From the NCBI GenBank assembly GCA_900088475.1, contig FLMG01001246.1:1-60172 (forward strand): 60,172 nucleotides of DNA, given 5' to 3'. Below, in pieces: positions 1 through 10,863 of this stretch. Source of the stretch: Hyphochytrium catenoides. Taxonomy: Eukaryota > Protista > Hyphochytriomycota. The position numbers were made by a program, and so were the translations under genes. Position 1 is the stretch's first letter. Every line of letters begins with the position of its first letter. The notes below the pieces were generated by a model. That model saw nothing but the letters and a program-made list of their open reading frames with translations. It did no database searches and was not told the origin of the DNA.

Positions 1-29
<29 letters not shown>
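1..29. repeat. (TC)n microsatellite, intronic
   Basis: Perfect TC dinucleotide run at the window start, upstream of an AG acceptor at 79-80. Confidence 0.95.
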
Positions 30-32
<3 letters not shown>

Positions 33-80
33 CTCTCTTGTCTCTCAATACCGCGTCCCCGCTCCACTTTACGTGGCCAG

Positions 81-307
81 GTTTGTCCTTCAGTACCCTC
101 TCCGGCCAACGTATCGGCCTCTGGACCCTCCCAGCGCCGCGCGCTTTAAGCCTCAGCACCGGCTGGTGGAGCTCGAATATGCGGTGGACACGCAGAGTGA
201 GTTCTACGACTCAGAGATCGAGGGGAAGAAGAGGATCACCAAGTTCGCATTGGAATCAAGAACAGTGCCGCTGGTTACTCAGTATGCCGTTGGTGTCCTT
301 AGAGGAG
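81..307 (+). CDS. POLR3E: Internal exon of RNA polymerase III subunit RPC5 (Sin-like N-terminal region); partial gene
   Basis: Exon flanked by CAG (78-80) and GTGCGT (308) encodes FVLQYPLRP...ARFKPQHRLVELEYAVD...TQYAVGVLRG. This matches the LQYPLRP / R.KP...VELE / YAVG motifs of RPC5/Rpc37. The rest of the gene is not seen after the gap. Confidence 0.8.
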
Positions 308-336
308 GTGCGTGGCTCACATGCTGGCGTCTTTGC

Positions 337-341
<5 letters not shown>

Positions 342-367
<26 letters not shown>

Positions 368-399
368 AAATGACATCATGTTTGCTCTCTCTCTCTCTT

Positions 400-430
<31 letters not shown>

Positions 431-549
431 TTCTCTGTGCTTGTGTCTCTCGTGTNNNNNNNNNNNNNNNNNNNNNNNNNNNNNNNNNNNNNNNNNNNNN
501 NNNNNNNNNNNNNNNNNNNNNNNNNNNNNNNNNNNNNNNNNNNNNNNNN
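342..549. repeat. (TC)n tracts followed by assembly gap (N 456-549)
   Basis: Directly visible. Confidence 0.95.
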
Positions 550-1864
550 AAAAGAGGCAACTCAAACGACGACCCTTAGGAGCAAGCTCACTTCAGGATT
601 GCCCCAGACCTGAGGTATAAAGACAATACACGAATGAAGAACTTTCCTCGTGTCCCATTTGAAGGAACTTATGATAGCGTCAAGTTCCCCAAGGAACTCG
701 TAAATTACGGTTTCGAGTGGCTTGAGGCGGCAAATCGGTTTGGCCAAGAAAGCGAGCAGACACCATCTTTGGAATGGAGAGCTTTCTGATGGAGATTATT
801 GGATTTCAGAAGCTCTTTGAACTCCACGACATCTCAGTCAGCTCATACTTTGTACCGAATGTGAGTCTTGAAGGCGAATATGGATGGGAATCAAGGTACA
901 GGTGAAAGGACAATTGTGGGAGAGGCCATCATTTGCTTCCCTCATGGCGAAGACTGGTTTCAAGGTAATCCTATATTTATCAACAAGGACTCCTTGGTGC
1001 AGCCAACGCCTTCTGACTTCTTACCCACGATGGTCACTCTTTCAGGGCAATTTATTGAAACGGATCAAAAGGGGAAGAACTCATTTGGTATGATGGGCGT
1101 TGGTAAGTGCCCCTGCTTTGTATTGGCGTTATTCGGTAATCTAACATGCTTGCTTCATCTTAGCGAGGGAGACTGACGCATGGTAAGCTGTTGGCCAACT
1201 CCTTGCTACACCTCCACCTCCTCTCATTGCCTGTACTCAGCCTGTTCAGTCCTCACGGAGGCTATTGTGACTATGAGGTCACTCTCATTGACTACACCGT
1301 GAGTAGCGATTCCCCTTTCTCAGCTGCCTTCAATAGACCATGTGGGCTTTCGCTCCCTTTATGCCAGGGTTCTTCATTAACTCAAGCCTATTTACAGAAC
1401 GTGGAAGAGAAGAAGATCACTGTAACTCGGACTGGGGGAAGCCTCTGCATCTTGTCTTCCAATCATGGCTTTTCATTTGAAGCTGATGAAGTTTATGTAA
1501 GTCTGGCGGGAGAAGGGACATGCGTAATCTTCTGTCCTCGATGAGCTGGTGTTCTATGCTAGGGCAACACACGTAGCCAAGATCAGCAATAAAAAGTTCG
1601 TCCAGAAGAGAAAAAGGTAGACTAAGTAGATGGAAGGAAGCAAGGAAAAAAGAGAAAGGTAGTCCTTCGGATGAAGAAGAGTGGGCTAATGAATTATGGA
1701 TGTGATCTAACGGTACGCTGGCTCTTCCACAGTCAGAGAAGACAAGCTACGATGTCGTTTGCAAGTATTTTCCCGAGATAGCTGAAGCATTTGACGCCGC
1801 AGACTTGTCCCATTCTTTAGTCTGCCGAGGCAAAGCAGTGATCATCACTCAGGCGAAACCCTAG
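550..1864 (+). pseudogene. Multi-exon gene relic of unknown family with in-frame stops
   Basis: Six GT-AG introns (965-1045, 1103-1163, 1183-1240 and three more) join exons in consistent phase to a terminal TAG at 1862-1864. The spliced frame contains TAG 577, TGA 787, TGA 862 and TAA 1590. Confidence 0.5.
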
Positions 1865-2289
1865 TTGTTACCTCTTGGCCGTGTGCTATAGCCCTATGTA
1901 CATCAGCTTCTTCTTCTCCCTCATACCCTTTCCCTTGTACCCTTAAGTTTGTTGCCAATTTCCCTTTCTGACAATATTCTACACACTCGGGTTGCCATAA
2001 TACCTGCTAAGCTCAGAACCGCTCTCTGCGCCCTAGAGAGGTACGGCATTTCGTCACGTAGGGCTAGTTGCCCCGTAGACTTTGCCCCAGCTTGCTAATT
2101 ATGGCCAATGCATTGTTATACTTCTCGTCTCTTTTGCTCCAGCATGTGTCTGCGGAACCTGCGCATTGGACCCAACATAGCTGTGCCAGAGAATTAGAAC
2201 TAGTCCGCGTTGGCTACCGATATGTGCAGACGATGCTCCATTACAGCCAGAATGTAGTGCAGGCTCAGTGTGTAGCACTATGGTGGCCT

Positions 2290-2889
2290 TTACTGCGTGA
2301 GCGGCGCATCTTCTAAGCTCGCTCGATCCAGCTCTTCCTTTATGTCTTCAATCTTCTGCCCACCCAAGCTGCCAAACACGTGATCTATCCGTCTTGTCTT
2401 GTCCCAGACTATTGCGTCTCGATACTTGAAGTACTGAATTCGATGCTTTGGCACTGCTAGCTCCAGAGGACCCAGAAGCGCAATGTCATTCCAATTGAAC
2501 AGAATGAATGGCTTCTCGATTATGCCTAGGAAGCGATCTAGGTATCCCACAGAGAAGAGATGGGCTGGTAATGAGTTATCCCAAATGATTCTATTGATCA
2601 CGTCAACCGCGGTTCGCATGGAGAGCTTCTCTTGCTCGCGCTTAATCTCCTCATTTTCTTGATTCTCTGCCACCTTTCGATGCTGCTTTCTCTCCAAGCG
2701 GGCTTTCTTACCCTCTCTCTTCCTTGCAGCTCTGCTGTCTTTGCCGCCCTCATCAGAGGTACTACTTAGTGCGTACTCATGCATCTTCCTAGCGACCACA
2801 CTTTTTTGCGAATCCGTTGAGCTGCTTGGCGTCGCCGTTGACTGGCTGGGGTTGATTTCTTCAGAAGTATCTGGTGCAGAAGACGCCAT
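2290..2889 (-). CDS. MJ1316 (RNA cyclic-end recognition, LENG9-type) domain protein; may extend upstream
   Basis: MRTAVDVINRIIWD...FSVGYLDRFLGIIEKPF..FNW...LAVPKHRIQYFKY...VWDKTRRIDHVFGS is the characteristic MJ1316 signature. It is preceded by a basic/acidic helical segment. Confidence 0.85.
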   Translation of the reverse strand: MASSAPDTSEEINPSQSTATPSSSTDSQKSVVARKMHEYALSSTSDEGGKDSRAARKREGKKARLERKQHRKVAENQENEEIKREQEKLSMRTAVDVINRIIWDNSLPAHLFSVGYLDRFLGIIEKPFILFNWNDIALLGPLELAVPKHRIQYFKYRDAIVWDKTRRIDHVFGSLGGQKIEDIKEELDRASLEDAPLTQ

Positions 2890-4095
2890 ACTGTGACCGC
2901 TTAAGAAGGAGGACTGATACCCTAGTTCTCTTGTTACAATAGAAAAAAGTGGAAGATGGACAAGAAGGATACTACTGGACTGCGTCCTGCGTTGACAGGA
3001 TGTATTGTGCTTTCAGCAGGGAGTCCGCCGACTTTTGCAGATACGTTGACTCTACTTCTGCTATCTTGATAAACCTGATAGAACTTTCTTGACGGAACAC
3101 TACTAGTCCTTCTGCGTAGTAGCAAGCTCTTTAGGAAATGGGAACAGATACTGAAGGGCCTCAACTGGCAATGAGCATACATGACCATGGAAACAAGGAC
3201 TCGCCCAACTGCCTTATCAGAGACCAGAACTGCCATACCTCCTACTAGGAACATCCTTACAGTCACGGAAGCAGTGCAGCAAGGCAATGCAAGCTCAATC
3301 AGAGACAATAACCATGTTGAAGTGAAGTTTGCTGTGTGGGACTGCTGCCGATGCTCCTCCATGACCATCAATTCATCGCTTTAGGTGATCACCTACAAGT
3401 ATATATACAGTACTGTAAGTACAGGCTACTTACACTTGAACTTGTAGGTCCAAAGAAGAAATTTCCTGAAGAAAAGAAGTACTCTGGGAGTTTTGCAGCT
3501 CTGTTGGTTGTGTTCTTTGGACAAACTACGGGTACAGGTAACAACAGCGTCTTACCCTTGTTAATATTGGGAATGATCGAGCTCCAGGAGTGACAGTAGT
3601 AAATGAGCCTTCTTGAAGATTTCTGCTTGCTGACGGCGATGTCCGGGGCCCTTGTTATTGGTCTAGAGCCGCTCACTCGCCAGAAAGATAAGAAGCACTC
3701 TGAAGAAGAATGTTGATGGCATTGTCTGCGGCGTGTTGGTCTGGATCGACGGCCTGGAGAAGGTTCCTTTCTTCTGTCCTCACGTTGCTATTGCTAGCGC
3801 TAGCAGCACCGTTCTCAGGAAGCAGAACGCAAAAGAAAGGCAAGGGTATGATGAGGCTCCTGCCGTGATGATGATAGCAAGGATCCCCCTCCGCAAGATT
3901 AGCACCGTCTGATGGCTAGGCCCTGACCGCACCAACAAAAGAAAGATCAACTTCCTCCACTCAAAGCCACAAGTTTCGCCCGTCCTCTTTTACAAAAAAG
4001 CTCTCTTTCACTCTGTACGAGAGATCCACTATCACGCTCTCGGTCTTTTCCCTGTTGTCAATTCCTAACGCTCACAGCTGCTGCCCACAAGAAGT

Positions 4096-5844
4096 ATGAC
4101 AACATACAGCTACGTCATAGAGAGGGACGGAGCTCCCGAAGGCACAGCGGCGAGGACCCTCAGGCGCAATGAAGAAGAAGAGCAATCAATCCGATTGGCG
4201 CTCCAGGAAAGCATCACCACGCTCGGGCGAGACGATCCAGCAACCTTAGCTCTCTATCAGCACCTTGGCAACTTACTGGCCAAGAGAGGAAACTATCGTG
4301 AGGCAGAAGCGATGCATCGGTGCTCCCTTGAGGGCACTGTCGCGGCACTTGGGGACGGTCATGCATCAACATGGATCTGCTGCACTAATCTCGCCAACTG
4401 TCTTGAAAACCAACAAAAATATGGAGAAGCTGAAGCACTCTACATGCAGGCGCTAATGGGAAGACGGAGCGCTTTGGGGGAGGACCATCCGGAGACGTTA
4501 GCCAGCTATGATAGCCTAGGATGTTGTCTGTCGAATCAGCATAGGAATGCTGAGGCAGAAACACTGCACCAGACAGCATTGGAAGGCAGAAGGAGGACAA
4601 TGGGAGCAGACCACCCGTTAACCCTCGCCAGCTTTAACAGCCTAGGAGTTTCTCTGCAGAGTCAAGGCAAACATGCCGAGGCAGAACAGACCCATCGGCG
4701 AGTTCTGGAGAGCAGGCGCAGAACTCTTGGACCTAACGATCCATTGACATTGAGCAGCTATAACAACCTTGGGATATCTTTATTTGAACAAGGAAAGTAC
4801 GAAGAAGCTGCGATGACCCACAAGATGTGTCTAGAAGGAAGACGCAGTGCACTCGGGAATGATCATCCATCGACATTAGACAGCTATACGAACCTCGCAA
4901 ACTGCCTTTCGGTCCAAGGAAGATATGCTGAAGCAGAAACGATGGGAAGGCGCGTGTTAGATAGCAAGAAGAGAACACTTGGCTTGTACCATCCGTCGAC
5001 CTTGGACAGCTATAACAACCTTGGAATCTATTTGAGTCAGCAAGGGCGGTACACTGACGCTGAAGCCCTTTACAGGCGGGCCTTACAGGGCCAGGCTGTG
5101 ATTTTGGGAGAAGACCATCTCACGACGTTAAACACTTACACTAATCTTGCAAATTGCCTTATGGATCAGAGAAAGTACACTGAGGCGGAAGAATTGCACA
5201 GCCAAGTGCTAAAGGCCAACAAGAAGATTCTCGGAGAGAGCCATATGTCAACATTAGACAGTGTGGCGGACCTTGCAACTACTCTGGGTGCACAGGGAAA
5301 GTATCCAGAGGCTGAGGCACTCCTGAGGCAATTGCTGGCAGAAGCTAACGTCAAGGCCCTTGGAGATAACCACCCTCTAATCTGGACCAGTTACAATAAC
5401 CTTGGCAACTGTCTCAGAAGTCAGAACAAGCTTGACGAAGCTGAAGCCATGAGCAGACACGCCTTGACTGCCATCACCCAGGCTTTGGGAGACCAACATC
5501 CATCAGCTTTCCAGGCGTACAATAACCTCGCAAGTTGCTTGGCAGCGCAAGGGAACTACAGAGAAGCTGAATCCCTGTATCTGCGAAGTCTAGAAGGCAA
5601 GACCGCAACCTTTGGAGACGACCATCCTTCAACACAGTGTAGCCGTACCAACCTCGCCAGCTTCCTCATGGCCCAGGAAAGATATGCTGAGGCGGAAGCG
5701 CTTTACCAGGGAGCCTTAGAGGGCTATCGTCGGACTCAGGGTGACGACCACCCATCATCTATTGGCTGCCGGAACGACCTTGCCAACTGTCTAACGAAGC
5801 AAGGAAAGATGGATGAAGCAGAAGCGCTCTCCGGGCACACTTGA
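4096..5844 (+). CDS. Tetratricopeptide-repeat protein (42-aa KLC/NPHP3-type repeats, about 13 copies), single exon
   Basis: 582-aa ORF with the repeated unit LGxDHPxTLxSYNNLxxCLxxQGKYxEAEALxxxALEG every 42 aa. Confidence 0.93.
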   Translation: MTTYSYVIERDGAPEGTAARTLRRNEEEEQSIRLALQESITTLGRDDPATLALYQHLGNLLAKRGNYREAEAMHRCSLEGTVAALGDGHASTWICCTNLANCLENQQKYGEAEALYMQALMGRRSALGEDHPETLASYDSLGCCLSNQHRNAEAETLHQTALEGRRRTMGADHPLTLASFNSLGVSLQSQGKHAEAEQTHRRVLESRRRTLGPNDPLTLSSYNNLGISLFEQGKYEEAAMTHKMCLEGRRSALGNDHPSTLDSYTNLANCLSVQGRYAEAETMGRRVLDSKKRTLGLYHPSTLDSYNNLGIYLSQQGRYTDAEALYRRALQGQAVILGEDHLTTLNTYTNLANCLMDQRKYTEAEELHSQVLKANKKILGESHMSTLDSVADLATTLGAQGKYPEAEALLRQLLAEANVKALGDNHPLIWTSYNNLGNCLRSQNKLDEAEAMSRHALTAITQALGDQHPSAFQAYNNLASCLAAQGNYREAESLYLRSLEGKTATFGDDHPSTQCSRTNLASFLMAQERYAEAEALYQGALEGYRRTQGDDHPSSIGCRNDLANCLTKQGKMDEAEALSGHT

Positions 5845-6493
5845 GGTTATGCGGAGCATTCTTACCTTCAATCTTCTTCCGTCCGTCTTTTAGGTGTGGA
5901 CCACCATTTACTAGGTATCTATATGCTACAAACAGGAATGCTTCTTGTTCTTAGCAGCAGCACTTCCCTGTTGATGGTATGTGGAACCAATGACGTTCAG
6001 CAACAAGGCTGCTAGCGGAACATCCAGCAGCTTTCACTTTTCTCCTCAGGTTTCGCTTTTTGAAGTCTCGGTGTATGGCAGATGATCTGAAGTGTGCGTC
6101 ACGCTCACGGTGGTCCTCCTGCACAGAAGACGACCAACAACAGCCATTATTATCGTTCAGGTACTACGGTAGTGGCTGGCTATTATGGTTTGGCTGTGTT
6201 TCTGAGAAGGCTCTCCCTTTGACAGAGGACTGGGCACAGGCGCCGAGGCTGTCCCAGTGTCAAGATCCCTTCTTGATGAGCTTTGTTGTCTGAGGCATAA
6301 CTCCATCATGAGCTACGGGAGGAACAAAAAAAAGTTAGCGAGCAGAGTGCAGCGGGACTCTCAATCTGTTGGGACTTTCGCTCTCCTATGATTTTTTCTA
6401 GAAGAAGATGCACTCTGTGGTGGGCACCATTTCGGAGGGCCCTTCTCACTTCTCATTGTACCCGAAACTGACACTGCTGTAAAACGTTTTGGC

Positions 6494-6499
6494 AAAAAA
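6494..6499 (-). terminator. Pol III terminator (T6) of tRNA-Tyr
   Basis: TTTTTT on the minus strand 4 nt after the discriminator base. Confidence 0.85.
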
Positions 6500-6503
6500 G
6501 GTT

Positions 6504-6587
6504 TCCGGCCTGCCGGAATCGAACCAGCGACCAATTGATGTCTGTGACTACTACAGTCAATCGCTCTACCAACTGAGCTAAGGCCGG
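6504..6587 (-). tRNA. tRNA-Tyr: tRNA-Tyr(GUA) with 11-nt intron at 37/38 (6550-6540)
   Basis: Minus strand reads CCGGCCT-TA-GCTC AGTTGGTA GAGC-G-ATTGA CT GTA G[TAGTCACAGAC]A TCAAT-TGGTC-GCTGG TTCGATT CCGGC-AGGCCGG-A. It has the C1-G72 pair and A73 typical of eukaryotic Tyr, with A and B boxes intact. Confidence 0.97.
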
Positions 6588-7004
6588 GAGGCGTTGACGG
6601 CTGTGTCAAAACTCAGAATCATAAAATGCTGCCTCAGCTGATTGGGACACACTCCTCCCTACCCATCCTTTAGATCAAACATTGATAACTATATGCGTCA
6701 GCGGGTGAGTGGTCTATCTGTACCAGCACACCACCTTGAATGAGAGAGAGAGGAGAGAGATAGCAACAGAGATTCTGAAGAGCTCTTCGTTTAGTACCTG
6801 CTGTTGAGAGCAAACAAGGCCAATGGCACGACCAGCAGGAACTTGACAGCACGAAGCGCTTGACTGATCTTGGTCACACTGCCGCTAATTGACTATAGTC
6901 TGCGCCAAACGACAAGACTGACTTTGCCCTCAAGGTTCATTGAGTTTCAGAGTCCAGATCGTGGGGGCTGCAGAACATGTTATCTGTGCAGATGTACTAG
7001 GAAA

Positions 7005-7395
7005 ATGACAAAAAAGAGCTTTCTGAATAGCGGTCTGCCGCTAGTGGTTTATGTCGTCCTTGCCTCCTATGGCCTCAGCCAGGTAAGAGTTACAGGACCA
7101 CATCTTATGCGCCGAGAACTGACAGGCTGGCATTGAAGTTTGTCCAGGGCAAGTATGACCTACAGGACAAGCGACGAAGCAACAAGGGCATAAAAGAGTT
7201 TAATATAGAAGAGGAACATAAAGTAAGCCTTCCACCCCTGTTAATTGCCCTAGGTTCAGCCACAAGGGCTAAATCTTTTCTTGTCTTCCTCTACAGAGGA
7301 TAATGTCAAAGCTGAACGTAGAAGACAGCTATGAGATAAAGCCAATCCCGAAGCCGGGAGAGCCTACTGACTCGCAATCGAACACAAGCGAATAA
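7005..7395 (+). CDS. COX16: Cytochrome c oxidase assembly protein COX16 (3 exons)
   Basis: Spliced product MTKKSFLNSGLPLVVYVVLASYGLSQ|FVQGKYDLQDKRRSNKGIKEFNIEEEHK|RIMSKLNVEDSYEIKPIPKPGE. It has the FLxxGLP-TM, EEE and terminal K.IP.P motifs of COX16, with GTAAG...AG introns. Confidence 0.85.
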
Positions 7396-7726
7396 ACTCT
7401 CAAGTTCTAAAATCTCTCGCTTTCAACCATGGTGAGGACGTCCACCGCGCCATCGGTCGGTTGCTGTGAAATGCACTGTGCACTTCATGCAGACTTTTGT
7501 GGGCACTCCCAAGGGCAGTTGAGGCCGTTGTATGACGAAGGTAGAGGGAGTATCAGGCATGTCGGCGTTCTCACCAGAGTAAAGATGGAAGTACGCACAG
7601 GAGCAAAGCAAGATGTAAACGATAGCAGCATCAGAGCCGTTAAAGGATAAGAGGGATTTAGAAGCTCTACATGCCGCTGGATCTAATGGCCTTCTTCAAA
7701 CCGGTTCACAACCAGAAGGGTATCAT

Positions 7727-10615
7727 CTATCTGACAGCAACAATATCGTCAATCTTAAGAATCATCCTAACGGCTTCCGTTGCCTACAAGGCGAGAGCAG
7801 GCAGTGCATCGCGATATCTTAGTATACCGCCAAATTTGAGTTGACCAAGACGAACTCACCAGTTCCATTTCGCTCTTGTTGACCAGCAAGGGTTGGAGAA
7901 CGTTCAGCTCAAACATGTTGCTAATTTGCCCAATTTTCACGTTGATCCCTGCCTCTTTCTGGCCAGCAGCATGGCTCTTGCGTAACTCTGCAATAGCAAG
8001 CAACGTCAGTGAAACGGACTCTCTCCCTCTGTCCAAACCAAACATTCTCGGCACATATGAGGCAGCAGTTCCTCGACGCTACTTCCTTTTTTCATCTATC
8101 TCTCGCCGGCCTGTCATACATATCTAATAACGTCGTCCTCCACTCCCGCCCTGGGCCGCTATCAATAGACCAATCAACTTCTCCCTTGGTCCACTACCTC
8201 CCAAAGCTCCACATGACCCATTTCCTATGTCATACCAGTCACTATTTGGATGGGGTTCATGCCCGCATTCTCGGCCAATGTGTACGGGATAATCTCCAGA
8301 GCCTACAACAAGAGCAAGAGATGGTGCGTTAAGACCTCTTGTATAGAACACTACTGCCAGAGCCAAGGTCCCATGATATGACACCCCTGAGCTTGCCACT
8401 TCTCGGTGGATCCTTCCAACTCAGCAATCTCTATTACATGGCTCGGTGGCCCCTTGTAACTCCTCGCCCGCATCGTTGTCTCCCCAAGGATGTTCTCGGA
8501 GCTTAAGGGCTTCCACCTTTAGCTCCACGTGGCAAGCTCGTTTCACATGAATGTGTCTCCACCTTTAGCTTCGCACGGCCAGCTCTTTCACATGAAAGTG
8601 TTATTACCTCCGCATAAGCTCTTGCACAGTATCCCTCCATGCCACTGAGCGTCCGAGACCACGCCGTCAACTGCTGGGCAACTTCAATCTCTGGAGCCCC
8701 TCCTCCGGCGATGAGAAATCTCTCCTTTACTAAAGACCTACAAGCGAGGTAGTGAGAGAAGCAACCCGTGACATGATCCAGGTTGGCAACATACAAGAAG
8801 AAAAGCGGTGCAAAGGAACCGCACAAGAGTCGACAGACACCTGCCTACTCTAGCCCTCCACGGTCATCCAACCCTACGTTCGACATATCACGTGGAAAAC
8901 GCCTATTACTCACCTGACAACACACAATGCATCATGAATCGATCTTTCTGCCTCATCGACCACCATTTTATTGGTGCCTCGGGTCAAAATGCTCATTGTC
9001 TTTCCAGGGTTAGCAACGCCTGTAGTGCGGCGACGGGTAACTAAGTAAGCTTGCTTTTCTGCTTGCCGTCTGCATCCTTTCTAACGACTTACCTGTGACC
9101 TTAACAACCTTGTTTGAGCCGTAGGATACCTCCTCCACCAGCTTGGCTGAGCCCAACTTATCTGGAGTGAATGAGTCCACATGTGCGACAGGACGACAGC
9201 CCAAGCTCTGTGAGTTAGTTAGCGAGCCAAATGGGTACAAGATTAGCTCTACTTTGCTTGGCATAGTGGTCGTCTTAAACAAGGCTTGCTCTGTGCTGAG
9301 ACAATTCAGTGCAGTATCTTAACAGTGCTCTAACACTCTCAGCCCTCTAGCTCTCTAGGGTTAGAAGACTTCTGCTCACCTTACTAATAAACTCGATCTC
9401 ATTCCTCTCGAGGTCCTTAATAACTAGAATGTCCATTTTGGCCAGGAAGTGCAGTGAGAGATCATTCACGGCATCTCTCAGAATGCTTTTCTGGATAAGA
9501 AGAACATTACAACCGGCTTTCTTGATCTTCTTGCAGAGATTAAGAATGAACTTTCGCTCCTCTCGAAGGATACGATCCATCGCTGCGTAGTCAGAGATGG
9601 TTACATTGTTCTGAAGATTGGCATAGAGAAGGAAGGAGAGAAAGGCCAGCAGTTAGCGCTACGTATCCTAAGTGAGCTTCAATTCAAAGACTGAGCTATC
9701 ACTGCACTACTGCTCCTCAGTCTGAAGCGTACTTTATCAGCTTTGTTCAAACTATTTTTCTACTTACCTCCATATCCGTTTTAGGGGCAGAAAGACAGAA
9801 CTGGATGAGCCCAATCTTTGCGTTTTCGATCCTGGTTGGGCCGCCAGCGGCGTGAGACGCACCCTTATCGAAGACTAGCCCTTCCACCAGCTCTGTCTCG
9901 TCTACCGTGGCCCCTAACTGCTTCACTACCTTGATGTTCGAGAGGTCTACGTTGTAGTCTGTCTCTGCGTTGATAATTTTAAGCACTGCATCTACAGCTA
10001 GGGGAGCGAGCACATCAGCGTTGGAGGAGAGTTGCTTCGAGGAGAGAGCGGTCGCCACGCAGCTAATGAGCTCATCCCTGTTCGCCAGATTCACAGGTCT
10101 AGCGATGGATCGGAGGATTTCGATGGCTTTAACAACCGCCTTGCCAAAGGACTCAGATATAATAGTCGGGTGAATGCCCTTCTCTAAAAGGCTGGAACAG
10201 GCACTAAGTAGGGCACCAGCGACTACCACGACGCTGGTAGTTCCATCCCCAGCCTCAATATCCTGCGACTTTGAGAGCTCAACGAGCATCTTAGCGCAAG
10301 GATGCTGCACTTCCATCTTTGTGAGTATTGTTGCTCCGTCATTTGAGATTAGGACCTCGCCATTGGAGTTCTGGATCATCTTATCCATCCCACGAGGACC
10401 CAAACTCGTTCGAACAGCATCAGCAATAGCTACAGACCCATACCACGTATTGTAACATAAGATGTCGTTAGCGCATACCTACCCAGCAGATCTATGGGAA
10501 ACTTGGGCTTACCTTTCGCCGCTATAATATTTGAGGCCCTGATGTCTTTTTGTTTGTGTTGATCTCTAAGGCTTTCGCCCTTTCTGGAGTTGGATGCCGC
10601 CTGCGGGGCTGCCAT
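7727..10615 (-). CDS. CCT4: T-complex protein 1 subunit delta (9 exons)
   Basis: Contains [69 protein letters not shown] and C-terminal [15 protein letters not shown]. All 8 introns are GT-AG and phase-consistent. Confidence 0.97.
8510..8596. repeat. Diverged tandem duplication (about 41-nt unit, about 46-nt period) in a CCT4 intron
   Basis: cttccacctttagctccacgtggcaagctcgtttcacatgaa (8510-8551) vs ctccacctttagcttcgcacggccagctctttcacatgaa (8557-8596). Confidence 0.9.
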
Positions 10616-10863
10616 TGTGCGTATCTCTTATGAAAAGGTGACCGTAGGCTTCAATACTTCGTGTCGGGATTCAACGCTGCGTCTTCCTGAAGCTGACAAA
10701 GCTCTCTCAGCATATAAATCTCGTCGGCGGAGCTTCGGATGGATTGGAGAGGTTGCCCAATAAATAACGAGACCGGAGCCGCTCAATCTCTACAATTGAT
10801 GGGCGGAAGGGGGGTTCAGGACCATTCGCCATAGATTATACTCTACCACGCGCAGCGATGGGG

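Noticed and set aside
9209-9768. Hairpins and a CTAACCCTA telomere-template-like word in CCT4 introns 2-3 (possible snoRNA or telomerase RNA)
   Set aside because: No complete H/ACA or C/D box arrangement was found, and the 9-mer is compatible with chance.
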